Made by a program: the position numbers and the translations under genes. Source: Octopus bimaculoides (Eukaryota). From it: DNA of 37,706 nucleotides. Below are positions 1 through 11,604 of this stretch, in pieces; the stretch's first letter is position 1; each line of letters opens with the position of its first letter. The notes under the pieces were generated by a model. The model saw nothing but the letters and a program-made list of their open reading frames with translations. It made no database searches and had not been told where the DNA came from. The stretch spans positions 70,561,030 through 70,598,735 of the forward strand of contig NC_068983.1 in NCBI RefSeq assembly GCF_001194135.2. The letters are read 5' to 3'.

Positions 1-239
1 ACTTGTCGCTTTAAATGAATATTTTACTTCCAGAATAAATAAATAATTAAATAAATAGCACTTCAAAGGGAAATATTGCCAGTCATCATTTTATATTTTC
101 AATTTTTTTTTTTCGCACGAAGAGCTGACTGCTTTTAGTTATACAATCTGTCCTGATGATGATGGAATAAGAAACACTGACACACCTTGTAGTAAAGTTT
201 TAGTGATTCTGTCCGTCTGTATCCCTCTCTCTACCCCTC

Positions 240-314
240 TCATTCTATCTCTTTCCTTTTCTCTCTCTCTCTCTTCCTCTCTCTTTCTATATATATATAT
301 ACATGCACACACGC

Positions 315-347
<33 letters not shown>

Positions 348-464
348 TATATGTTGCATATATATAGCTATCTCTCCTCTCTCAGCCTATACACATACAT
401 ATGTATACATATACATATACATATACACAGCACACACACGTACACACACACTCACATACACACA

Positions 465-502
<38 letters not shown>

Positions 503-567
503 AAACTAATACATCCTTTTGTTGTTTACACCACCTGTCCTCATCTGTTGTTTTTTTTCGTAAATTC

Positions 568-610
<43 letters not shown>

Positions 611-700
611 GATACACACACACACACATATACACACACATATACACACACATGTATATATATACATGCATATATATTTGTGTGTCTGTATGTAAATATC
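240..700. repeat. Compound (CT)/(AT)/(AC) microsatellites
   Basis: Direct reading. Confidence 0.95.
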
Positions 701-870
701 TGTGTTTGTCTTTGTCTCCAACCAATGTTGATAACTAGTGTTAGCTTGTTTATGTCCCAGTAACTTAGCTTTTTGCCAATAGTGACCGATAGAATACGTA
801 CCATACCTAATAAAAAGCAAATACTGGAATCGATTCATTCGACTAAAACCCTTCCAGAACGGTGTGTGTT
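695..870 (+). mobile_element. SINE family B, decayed 3' half
   Basis: Collinear with 14865-15010 (GTAACTTAGC...GACCGATAGAATA...CGACTAAAA). Confidence 0.6.
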
Positions 871-891
871 TTGTGTATGAGTGTTTGTGTT

Positions 892-932
<41 letters not shown>

Positions 933-1326
933 ATGTGTGTCTGTATGTCTGTGTGTTTGTGTGTGAGTTTGTGTGTATACATATATACGCTTTTATCAAA
1001 ATCACTGATATTGTCACCAAAAGATTATTGCTATCAAAATTAATGGGTCTTTACTTAAAACGAATTACACATTATCCGCTTATTAGAATTACAGCGTTCG
1101 ATATTGCTTTCAAAATATTCAAGTAGACCGATGCAGCACCGTTACAACCGCCGGGGACATCAAAAGAAACATTCGAGGCACGGATACGTGATAAATATAA
1201 GACGATGGTGGTGGTAGCCATGAAACTGTATGTTGGAGTTATATGTCGAGTTACTAGTGTGTCATGTGAGGTTGGGGTGGCTGGCGGTATTATTGAGTAT
1301 GTGTATGTAAAATAGACTGTAAAATA

Positions 1327-1327
<1 letters not shown>

Positions 1328-1416
<89 letters not shown>
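1328..1416. repeat. (AC)n microsatellite
   Basis: Direct reading. Confidence 0.98.
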
Positions 1417-1418
<2 letters not shown>

Positions 1419-1950
1419 TATTTTCGTAAAAGTTCTTAGCTATTTCAAAAAAATTCAAAATGGAATGACACGAATCGTATGGAAAGAAGTTTCTGTATTG
1501 TGTGGAAGCGCTTTCCTTTTTAACTTTTTTAAACACTTCAGAGAAATGGTATTGCAAGCTGGTTGTTCTTTATTTAACAGAGACGACAGTTAACAACAAC
1601 ATTTCTCTGAAAATTTTCTGAAGAAGGAATCCTAACACTGAAATATTGAAATATATTGAAATACGAGGTTAAAGTTCAAATTATCAACTCGTATTATTTC
1701 ATAATATTTTTATTGTTTTAACTTGAAAAAAAAATGACTAATAAGAATTTCCATATATACACATGCATATATCATTTAAGTTGGTTCACAGGAAACATTT
1801 TTGTGTATGCTTATAAAAGCTCTTGTTTTATTATGCTGCTACAGTCTTATGATACTAGCAATAGCAGTTTTATAGGGTTGTACTGAGCTGTGTCTATATA
1901 ATGTAGGATAAATATAGTAATAATAATGAGAATAATCTATGTATATATCT

Positions 1951-2371
1951 ACTCGAAACCTATCTTTTTGATCATATCTAGAGAATTGCATGTGGTGCAT
2001 GAAATTCTGAAACATGCACAGAACTTCATGCACTGCTTGCAATTCTCTGGATATGATCAGAAAGATAGGGTTCGAGTATACAGGGGTGTTAGAAAGAAGT
2101 TAAATTATATTATATGCAATGATGCCAGTGGTACCTGCCCTAGATATAGAAACAAAGACTGGAATAAGGTACAAAGAACTTGTGACAAAGCAAACAGGGT
2201 GAACACGTAGTATAAAAACCAACAAATATCAAGGAGTAATGTTTGTAGAGGCCACAGCCCATGGAGAACTAGCCCGTAGATTTAGGAAAGCTCTGAAGGA
2301 GACCAAACTCAACATTAAGATTGTTGAAAAACCAGGGAACTCCGTCAGATCACAAGTATGTAGGACGTACC
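1951..2371 (+). mobile_element. Penelope-like element remnant (RT C-terminus/linker) with 5' inverted duplication
   Basis: Translation LQFSGYDQKDRVRVY...PRYRNKDW...MFVEATAHGELARRFRKALKETKLNIKIVEKPG matches the PLE pattern QYSGY...PLYRPKEW...FVPATPxGEL...IKVVE. It contains a stop and a frameshift and runs into an N gap. Confidence 0.7.
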
Positions 2372-3208
2372 NNNNNNNNNNNNNNNNNNNNNNNNNNNNN
2401 NNNNNNNNNNNNNNNNNNNNNNNNNNNNNNNNNNNNNNNNNNNNNNNNNNNNNNNNNNNNNNNNNNNNNNNNNNNNNNNNNNNNNNNNNNNNNNNNNNNN
2501 NNNNNNNNNNNNNNNNNNNNNNNNNNNNNNNNNNNNNNNNNNNNNNNNNNNNNNNNNNNNNNNNNNNNNNNNNNNNNNNNNNNNNNNNNNNNNNNNNNNN
2601 NNNNNNNNNNNNNNNNNNNNNNNNNNNNNNNNNNNNNNNNNNNNNNNNNNNNNNNNNNNNNNNNNNNNNNNNNNNNNNNNNNNNNNNNNNNNNNNNNNNN
2701 NNNNNNNNNNNNNNNNNNNNNNNNNNNNNNNNNNNNNNNNNNNNNNNNNNNNNNNNNNNNNNNNNNNNNNNNNNNNNNNNNNNNNNNNNNNNNNNNNNNN
2801 NNNNNNNNNNNNNNNNNNNNNNNNNNNNNNNNNNNNNNNNNNNNNNNNNNNNNNNNNNNNNNNNNNNNNNNNNNNNNNNNNNNNNNNNNNNNNNNNNNNN
2901 NNNNNNNNNNNNNNNNNNNNNNNNNNNNNNNNNNNNNNNNNNNNNNNNNNNNNNNNNNNNNNNNNNNNNNNNNNNNNNNNNNNNNNNNNNNNNNNNNNNN
3001 NNNNNNNNNNNNNNNNNNNNNNNNNNNNNNNNNNNNNNNNNNNNNNNNNNNNNNNNNNNNNNNNNNNNNNNNNNNNNNNNNNNNNNNNNNNNNNNNNNNN
3101 NNNNNNNNNNNNNNNNNNNNNNNNNNNNNNNNNNNNNNNNNNNNNNNNNNNNNNNNNNNNNNNNNNNNNNNNNNNNNNNNNNNNNNNNNNNNNNNNNNNN
3201 NNNNNNNN
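2372..3208. other. Assembly gap
   Basis: N run. Confidence 1.
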
Positions 3209-3261
<53 letters not shown>

Positions 3262-3828
3262 GATAAATAATTAGGAAGATAGATAGATAAATAGAGAAAA
3301 AGACAGAGACAGACAGACAGACATACAGAGGGAGGGAGAGGGAGAGGCAGGGGCAGAGACAGGAAGAGAATTACGTATTGTCTCCTTTCACTTGTATTTT
3401 AGTCATTTGAATCATCTGCTAGGGCACAAAAGGATTGCAGGAGCTCCTCCTGACTGATTTTGCACAGCCACCATGTCTTATGATTAAGTAGAATACTAAA
3501 AAGGAAGTAATGAGTTTAGGACGATGAGGCAACCAAGTAAGAAGATTACCAAATAACTGATAATAATATATAGCTGCGTGGAAGTTGATTCTGATGGAAA
3601 TGCAAACGTGTACGATGTCATGGAATTAGACAAATTGAAATTTCTCTAGTGACTATTTTTTATGATACATAGTTATTTTTATTCAGAAGGAATATATAAA
3701 CGTCGTCTTCGAAATTGGTTCAAGTTTTGTCATTCGATGAAGTCTTTCAAGAACCGCGTATCTGCTGTCTGGGCCTCCAAATACGCAAACGCGTTAACAC
3801 CTACGTATATTACGTGCGTGTGTATGTA

Positions 3829-3872
<44 letters not shown>

Positions 3873-3965
3873 TGTGTGCATGTGTGTGTGTTTTGTGCTT
3901 GTGTGTATTCATGTATCTGTGTAGGTGTAAGTATATGTTTCTATCTATCTATCTATCTATCTATC

Positions 3966-4005
<40 letters not shown>

Positions 4006-4591
4006 NNNNNNNNNNNNNNNNNNNNNNNNNNNNNNNNNNNNNNNNNNNNNNNNNNNNNNNNNNNNNNNNNNNNNNNNNNNNNNNNNNNNNNNNNNNNNNN
4101 NNNNNNNNNNNNNNNNNNNNNNNNNNNNNNNNNNNNNNNNNNNNNNNNNNNNNNNNNNNNNNNNNNNNNNNNNNNNNNNNNNNNNNNNNNNNNNNNNNNN
4201 NNNNNNNNNNNNNNNNNNNNNNNNNNNNNNNNNNNNNNNNNNNNNNNNNNNNNNNNNNNNNNNNNNNNNNNNNNNNNNNNNNNNNNNNNNNNNNNNNNNN
4301 NNNNNNNNNNNNNNNNNNNNNNNNNNNNNNNNNNNNNNNNNNNNNNNNNNNNNNNNNNNNNNNNNNNNNNNNNNNNNNNNNNNNNNNNNNNNNNNNNNNN
4401 NNNNNNNNNNNNNNNNNNNNNNNNNNNNNNNNNNNNNNNNNNNNNNNNNNNNNNNNNNNNNNNNNNNNNNNNNNNNNNNNNNNNNNNNNNNNNNNNNNNN
4501 NNNNNNNNNNNNNNNNNNNNNNNNNNNNNNNNNNNNNNNNNNNNNNNNNNNNNNNNNNNNNNNNNNNNNNNNNNNNNNNNNNNNNNNNNNN
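4006..4591. other. Assembly gap
   Basis: N run. Confidence 1.
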
Positions 4592-4603
4592 TATATATAT
4601 ATA

Positions 4604-4690
4604 TGTTCTGGGGTTGATTTGCTCGACTAAAACCGTTAAAAGCGGTACTCCTGCATGGTCGCAGTCAAATGACTGAAACAAGTAAAATAA
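4604..4690 (+). mobile_element. SINE family B 3' end
   Basis: GGGGTTGATTTGCTCGACTAAA...GCAGTCAAATGACTGAAACAAGTAAAA matches 14980-15048. Confidence 0.8.
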
Positions 4691-4703
4691 TATAAATACG
4701 TAT

Positions 4704-4764
<61 letters not shown>

Positions 4765-4768
<4 letters not shown>

Positions 4769-6477
4769 GGGCAAGCGAGTAAGTTCAGGGGTTTAAACTA
4801 CCTGAAATATCACAATAAACATGCGCCGAAATCGGGGCAATAAACGAAAAAAGGTTTTTAATGTGTTCTCAGAGTATATAGAACTTAGGAGGAAATACCG
4901 ATAAGGTATGTATACCAAAATCGTGAAGTACGTTACGTAATAACCGGCTAATCGGATATGAGATAATAACAATCCAAAGTAAATAACTCTGAAAAGGGTT
5001 TTTGTGCATTCCCGGAGAATATAACCTTTAGGAGCGCTAGTGTTGAAATAGATTTACTATGAATGTAGAAACAGACTGACATTTAGTTTTACAGTAGTCA
5101 TACAAATAAATAAAGTATATAGATTTAAAAATAAAATAACATGTGGATTAAAAATACATTTACGACACATGCAAATATTACAGTTAAATAATAAATACCT
5201 GATGATTTGTCTTTCCTTGTGGGGCATAAATAAACAAATGATTAGGATTGCCGACTCTTGAACATCCCGCATAAAGTTGGCCATGGGAGAAAACTGGTTC
5301 CGCAAGGTTCAGACCTACCACATCGAAGGACTGCCCCTGGGCCTTGTTAATGCTCATTGCAAAGCTAAGTTTCAATGGGAATTGCAGGCGCTTGTACTGG
5401 AAAGACATATCCGAGGGAATAAGTGGAATTCTAGGAATGAATACAAGCTCACCGCTTGTTTTACCAGTCAAAATTGTTGTCACTAAGACTGTTAGCACCA
5501 TCTTCTATATTATAAGTCGTGTGCCATTGCAAAGCTTTGGTGGATAGAGGTTTCGAAGCAGCATAACTGGTGCCCCAATCTTGAGGTGTAAGTTGTGAGG
5601 TGGGAGGCCGGGTGGTATTAGATTATTCAAAACATTCAACTGGATAATTCACAGCTTCATCGACGTTGAGTACAGTGTCCATGGAATTGTAAATGTGACA
5701 CTCACCTGGCAACTGTTCCAGAAGTTTGATGTTGAAATCATCAACTGCCACATTCTTTGGAGCTAAAATAGCACGGGTTTTCAGCCAGTTGTGGTTTGTA
5801 AACTGAGTTCTCAGGCTAGGAAACACCTTATTCATTAGTTCCTTTAAGTCAGATACCATATATTTCAGAACTACGTTTCGAGCATTGTATTTTGTGAAAT
5901 ATACACGCTAGCCATTTTCAAGATGTACAGATAGATTCACCACTGTTGGATACCGCTCGTGGATCTCGAAGTCCTCGTTGGAGGAAATATACATGCCCAA
6001 CTTATATTGCTGAATTTTATCTGCCTGCCTGTCCTTCTGTTCAAGTCCCCAAACCGCCATATCTGAGCTCTTATTGATGTATTTATGTACATATTTAATA
6101 CTTTTTATAGAGTTGCATGACACAATATTAACATGGGCCTCCAATGTTTTAGACAGCAATGAGTTGTAGGGCATGATCCACCTGTTGTCAATTTCCATCC
6201 CTTGGCCACTAACTTTCACCTTGGTAGTGTTTAGGGTGATCAAAGGAAAATATATGGGTTATTTCCCTTGGCTGTTAAAGGAAAATATATTGGTTATATA
6301 TGTGAACCCCTTATAGGGGCGCTAGCCATCAAATTATAGATTTTTATTAAACTTCAATCAGCGTAGTAACAAACTTGATGTTACTTTAACATGTTTGCAA
6401 AGTTTCACGAAAATTCGTTAACGGGTGTAGACGGCAGCTTGACACAAACAGACAACTTGCGTTTATATATGTGTAGA
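4765..6477 (-). mobile_element. Internally deleted Helitron
   Basis: 5' end reads A|TCTACACATATATAAACGC at 6477 on the minus strand; Rep-Hel coding remnants lie inside. The left boundary is approximate because no 3' hairpin-CTAG terminus was found. Confidence 0.8.
5190..6243 (-). pseudogene. Helitron Rep-helicase remnant (PIF1-like helicase C-terminal motifs plus Rep-Hel linker)
   Basis: IDNRWIMPYN...KYVHKYINK...HERYPTVVNLSVHLENG, then [31 protein letters not shown]...[26 protein letters not shown] and [13 protein letters not shown]. Two in-frame TAG stops and one frameshift near 5630. Confidence 0.92.
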
Positions 6478-6680
6478 TTATAATCCTGGCTATCGCCTCA
6501 TTAACACACCATGCAGAATCGTGACTAGCGTAGTATTCCAAAATCAAAAGCAGATGAGTAAGACATCGATTGGCACCAAAGAAGCACTGCACAATTCCAA
6601 CGTAAGATCCATTAGGCTTATATCATATAAGCCCCACAGAGTGAATAATAAATGTAATAACTTAAATGAAGAAAGAAGTC

Positions 6681-7032
6681 AAAATGACATTACAATTGTT
6701 TTCGTAAACAGTCAATATCATATATTCCATGTAACATAATATGTTATGCATTCATACAATGGTATGTAACACAACATAATATATGGAAATATGCATTATT
6801 CCTTTAGCCCATTCACTTCTTCGGATGTCATGATTTGAAGGCACGATCGATCTTCGAATCAAGACATCCTTGAAATCAAGACAGCCTTCAAATCAAGACA
6901 TTCGAAGAAGCGAATGAGCTTAAGGAATATTATCACATATTTCCATATATCATGTCATATATTGCATAACATTGTATGATATATGGAATAACTGATATCG
7001 CCCGTTTACAAAAACAACTACAGTGTCATTTT
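6681..7032. repeat. ~350-bp imperfect palindrome (MITE/foldback-like)
   Basis: Arms 6681-6842 and 6884-7032 are reverse complements with scattered mismatches and indels. The spacer carries tandem AATCAAGACA units. Confidence 0.8.
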
Positions 7033-8124
7033 TCTCAGTTAAATTGTGTGTGTGTGTGTGTGTGTATTTATACGCGCGCACTACATGCAAATATTTATAC
7101 CTCCATTATTATAGAGAGCACAAAATTACACTGAGTGATGTTTCTAGTAATAGAAATATATACTGTACATAACTGAATGGAGTGTATGTTGAGATGTTCA
7201 TACCTCTCTGAAAAATGATAGCATCGTAAAGGCTGTCAAATGGTTTAGACATGGAATCGAAAGCTTGTCGTTGATTAGTTGATTAGTTTGATTCTTTGAA
7301 TTCTAAGCATTGACTCAATATATACACACACACACGCACATACACACACACACACACGCACACACACACACACGCACACACACATATGCACACATACAAG
7401 AACATTGACACATAGATATCCACTCCTCACTCATGCACACAGCAAACATATTTTTGTTGACAAACATGTTCACACGCACATAAATACACACACATGTAAT
7501 ACAAGCACGCATTCAAGTCAGAACTACACGTGCGTGTACACACATGCATAGTTATACTCACGTATTACCAAGATCTTTGTTTACTTCTTTGAATTTCTCT
7601 CAGACAATGTTCACTCCACCCACTTTCTCTATAATTTTACTTTCTTTTCTTATCTAGTATTTAATTCCCTTCTGTTTCTTTCTTCCTTACTCTCTCTCTT
7701 TCTCTATTACGAGCTGTGATCTATACTCTTTTCCTTACTCTAGTCATATTTTTTTTATCGATGTCTCTTCATTCAACCTATTTTTCTCTTTACAAATACT
7801 TATTTATAAACTACTAAACTTTACCGACTACAACCTAAGTGAAGCTGGTAACTTGAGAATCAATACAGTCATTTTTCTTTCTTTAGATCTCTCCTTCTCT
7901 CTGTGTATGTCTCTTTCTCTCTCTATCTCCCTCTTTCTTTCCTTTTACTCTCCCTCCTATTTTTTCAACAACTTTCTTTGTGTGTGTTTGTTTCTCACAT
8001 ACAACTGCAGAACCACCCATTTCAGCTGTGAGAGTGTGCATTATCTAATCACGCATACATACATACAGGCAAACGCGCACACACATGTATGAATATGTTT
8101 GTATGTGCGTGTGTGGATGTAGAA

Positions 8125-8182
<58 letters not shown>

Positions 8183-8889
8183 ACGCGCAAAAGTATACAT
8201 ATATTCATTCAATCGTTCACACATAAATGTATTCATACGTACATACATACATACATACAAACATACATAGTTTAATGATGTTCTCATTTCAGTCAGTATG
8301 TTTTCTCAGCAACATATAACACGTAAACTGATAAACTGATCTTAACAGTTTCTATCTAAGTATTTAAGCATTTTCCTTCTGTAAATAGTAAGTGAAATAT
8401 TTATCATCTTACACAAGTTTGTATAATTCAGTATTAACCAGTTAAGTCTGATCATTATCTATCTATCTCAGGAAAACCACCTATAACACATATCTATGTC
8501 AAGAAAACAGTTTGGCGACACTATAGCCTCGTTATACGTGAATCGAAGTAGAAGTTTAATTGTCAAATACGATATAAATACCAGACTAGACCTCATTATT
8601 TCTTATGATCTCTTATTGCACATGCACAAGCACTCCAGTACAACATTAACAAAACATGCATAATAAGGTTCGTAATACCCTAAAAGAGCGCAGGAGATTT
8701 TTTCTTGGAAATCCTAATTTCACTATTGGCTTCCATAAAAGACGTCGTACGTGCCTCTACTTCCATGCCGACTCCAAATCGCGTACATAAAATCTACGTA
8801 TTTTCTGTAAAAGTCGTTTAATCAGGAGGAAAAGAAAACTAAAGAAAAATGAAATGTAGAAGACTATAATGTCCGACCAAAATTCTTTA

Positions 8890-10480
8890 CCCAGAAATAT
8901 TTTTAAAGATTCCCACAGGATGAAGGTAAAGTTTGTCGAGAGAAGGATACACATCTGGTGCGGTACTCACTAAAAATTTCCTTGTGGGATTTCCAAAAGG
9001 GCCTTCATCATAAACAAATTTGTGACCCTCCTGCAGCGAACATGTTTCTTCAAGTCCTTGCTCTCCTTTCAGAGAACTGTGTTGTTGATGAGGCTGCCTG
9101 TAAAACGTTGTGGCTTCGGTTATAGTTTTTTTCCAGCTGTTGCTGTTGTCGTTTCTTTTCTTGTTGCTACTGTTTTTGCTGTATTCCTTGTTACTCTTTT
9201 TGGTCTTGTCATTATTGTCGTATCTATCGCAGCTTCTTTATTCTGATGCTGTCGTTTTTCTTTTGCTCTAGTTGTGGTTGTTGTAGTTCTAGTTGCTGAT
9301 ATTGTGATTTTTTGGATTGTCGAATTGTCGTAACTTTTCCGATGAGTTGTTTGCTTGCCGCTGCCACACGTTAGGACCTGGGGATCGGGCTGTTCTTTCT
9401 TTGTTCTAGACTGCCCTTTCAATGCCTGCCATTTAGGGCCTCGTCCATATTTGAAGTCTCAGGAAATGGGGCGTGAGTTGTTAAAATTGATTTGATTTAC
9501 TGTGATTTATTTGTTGTCAGTGCACCTGGAGGTAGTGATGGTGGTCGTAATAGTGGTGGTTGAGAAACCCTTTTAAGAGCCCTTCTGCGTATGTTACTTG
9601 TTGCCATTGTTGTTACTCCTGCTGGCACTGATGTTGTTTTTGAAATTGCATTTGTCTTAATGTTTGTAGCAGTGGTTGAGAGTAGCGTCAACTTCCTGTT
9701 ATTCATTATAATGTACCAGGATGGTAAATGCGATAAAACGGGCCATTTCTTGCTTCCATAATTATGGCCCTTTTTATCGCATGTACCATCCTGGCCTCGA
9801 CTTTTCCCGTCTACTACTACTCGTATTTCTTCTCAGTAGTCGAAAATAACATACCTAGAGATACCTGCCAGATCTTCATATGGGACCGATAGCTGGAACG
9901 CTTTCAATATCCTGTTTGTTTTGCCAGGAAATTGACTTCAAACTTCTCACCCGTTTTCCTTTATCATTGCAGTCACCCTTGTCTACTTCATGTAGAATGG
10001 AACATTACTAACTTTTATATTTGTTGCTCTATTTTCGTTTCATTCAAGAAGCATATATTCTTGGGATGTACAAGTAGTTATAGCTTCCTTTTGTCACATA
10101 TGTCATTCTGTATCACACCTCGGGCGAACATTTTCAACGTGTGCAGCGCTTGGTAAATTCAACCTCCTCTAGCGTCTGTTGATAAACTTGGAAATAATGG
10201 GGGTTTTTTTTTGTTTCGTGTATCTTTTCAGCTGGAAGCTGGAACTCTGCGTCGAGTTATGTAACGTTTGGATTTTTCAGATACAATATTTTTCCTCTCA
10301 GGAACTATGTTACCAGTTGGCTTTGTGACAGACGTAAACGAAACCACTATTCCTTTTGGTGTCCTCATAGTTATAGTCATCGTTGCTGTTGCTTTGTTAC
10401 TGCTGTTGCTGCTCCTCTTGTTGTTGTTAATTGTTTCACAGCAAACGGCAGCGAAATTTTCTGGAATGGTGAGTGACATT
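8890..10480 (-). pseudogene. Degenerate long coding remnant, possibly a non-LTR retrotransposon ORF1-like protein
   Basis: Serial minus-strand reading-frame pieces with Thr/Lys/Ser-rich tracts and globular-looking segments (EEVEFTK, RATNIKVSNVPF, FLVSTAPDVYPSLDKLYLHP), broken by stops and frameshifts. The family assignment is from recollection only. Confidence 0.35.
9716..9794. repeat. 79-bp hairpin element (31-bp inverted arms)
   Basis: CCAGGATGGTAAATGCGATAAAACGGGCCAT (9716-46) versus the reverse complement of 9764-94: 2 mismatches, 17-nt spacer. Confidence 0.9.
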
Positions 10481-10964
10481 ATTATTACTGCAAGTCATGC
10501 TGCTGTTAAAAGAAATGCGAGCAATATTTATCACCCATTCTTCCTCATTGTTTCTAATGCATTTTCTTTTACTCCTTTTTGGTTCACTCCTCTCAAGTAA
10601 ACATGAATTCTTAATATTTTTAAACGCTGTAATTGAGTAAATACAATATTTAAAAGAGACAATTACTCTGAGTGACCAAATCGATCAAAGCGGGAAAAAG
10701 ATTCACCAAAAAGGAACGTAACAGTTCCTCTGTAGAACTGACTAAAGAATGTTAACAGTAACATAGCTCAATTAAAGTGAAAATAGCGAAATTCTTGAAC
10801 TGTTAAAATGCTACAATTGAGTGTGACTTTTCCTCCAACAGTTACCAGATACCTAACATTTCATAATGAAGATTGATAACTAGCAATCTAATATCGGAAG
10901 GATAACAACGAAATAGTGATTAGACGAGAGGGACAACAAAAGTTGCAGCAGCAACAACAACTAT

Positions 10965-11095
10965 TCTGATTTAGGTACAAGGCAAGTAGTTTTGTGGGAG
11001 AAGATAGTAGTCGATGCCATCGACTCCAGTGCTTGACTAGTACTTAATTTTGTCGTCCCTGAAATAATGAAAGACAACTTTGAATTCACAGCGTA
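10965..11095 (-). mobile_element. SINE family A, 3' fragment
   Basis: TAGTCGATGCCATCGACTCCAGTG...TACTTAATTTT...TGAAAG aligns to the other copies. Confidence 0.55.
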
Positions 11096-11175
11096 GGGTG
11101 TGTGGTAGAAATATTTTCCGTTGGTCAAACGATATTGCCAGCACATCACTATTAATAGTATTTGTTTAATGCAAG

Positions 11176-11375
11176 CACAATCCCCAGTAGTTTTGAGGAA
11201 ACGCGATAAGTCGATATCGTCAACCTCATTACTTGAGAGGTACTTTAGATTTTTGAACTTGAAAGGATGAAAGCAAAGGTAAAGTCGCTGAGATATAAAA
11301 TAAAAATGTAACGAACCGGAGGAAATGCTGCAAAACATATTTCTGACGCTCTAACTCTTTTGACAGCTCACCACC
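11176..11375 (-). mobile_element. SINE family A, decayed
   Basis: TAAGTCGAT...GAAAGGATGAAAG...GAAATGCTGC...CAGCTCACCACC. Confidence 0.55.
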
Positions 11376-11415
11376 CTCATGATGATGATGATGACGATGA
11401 TGATGATATTTTCAT

Positions 11416-11539
11416 AAAACAGTGTTATTAGGGAGAGCTAGAATACATAGGAGTGTTCTTGGCATCTAAGGTTACTTCTTGTAGCCCGATGTTAAGAATT
11501 TTTTCTTTCCCAATAGTTTATTCAATTGTGCGTATACGA

Positions 11540-11600
<61 letters not shown>
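11416..11600 (+). mobile_element. R4/Dong-type non-LTR retrotransposon, extreme 3' end plus (TAA)n tail (copy A)
   Basis: Encodes KTVLLGRARIHRSVLGI*. The 3' UTR TAAGGTTACTTCTTGTAGCCCGATGTTA is shared with copy B. Ends in (TAA)n at about 11540-11600. Confidence 0.8.

Positions 11601-11604
<4 letters not shown>

Noticed and set aside
147-178. CTGATGA...GAAAC resembling a hammerhead
   Set aside because: No stem II can form between the core halves and there is no UH cleavage site.
1617-1650. CTGAAGA-AGG-AAT-CCT hairpin resembling a hammerhead half
   Set aside because: GAAA does not follow stem II directly; at best a decayed relic.
2239-3274. ORFs over 250 aa spanning N runs (also at 3.7-4.7, 21.3-22.3, 31.2-32.3 and 36.5-37.0 kb)
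   Set aside because: Their length comes from assembly gaps. Every gap abuts (TA)n on at least one side, consistent with short-read failure.
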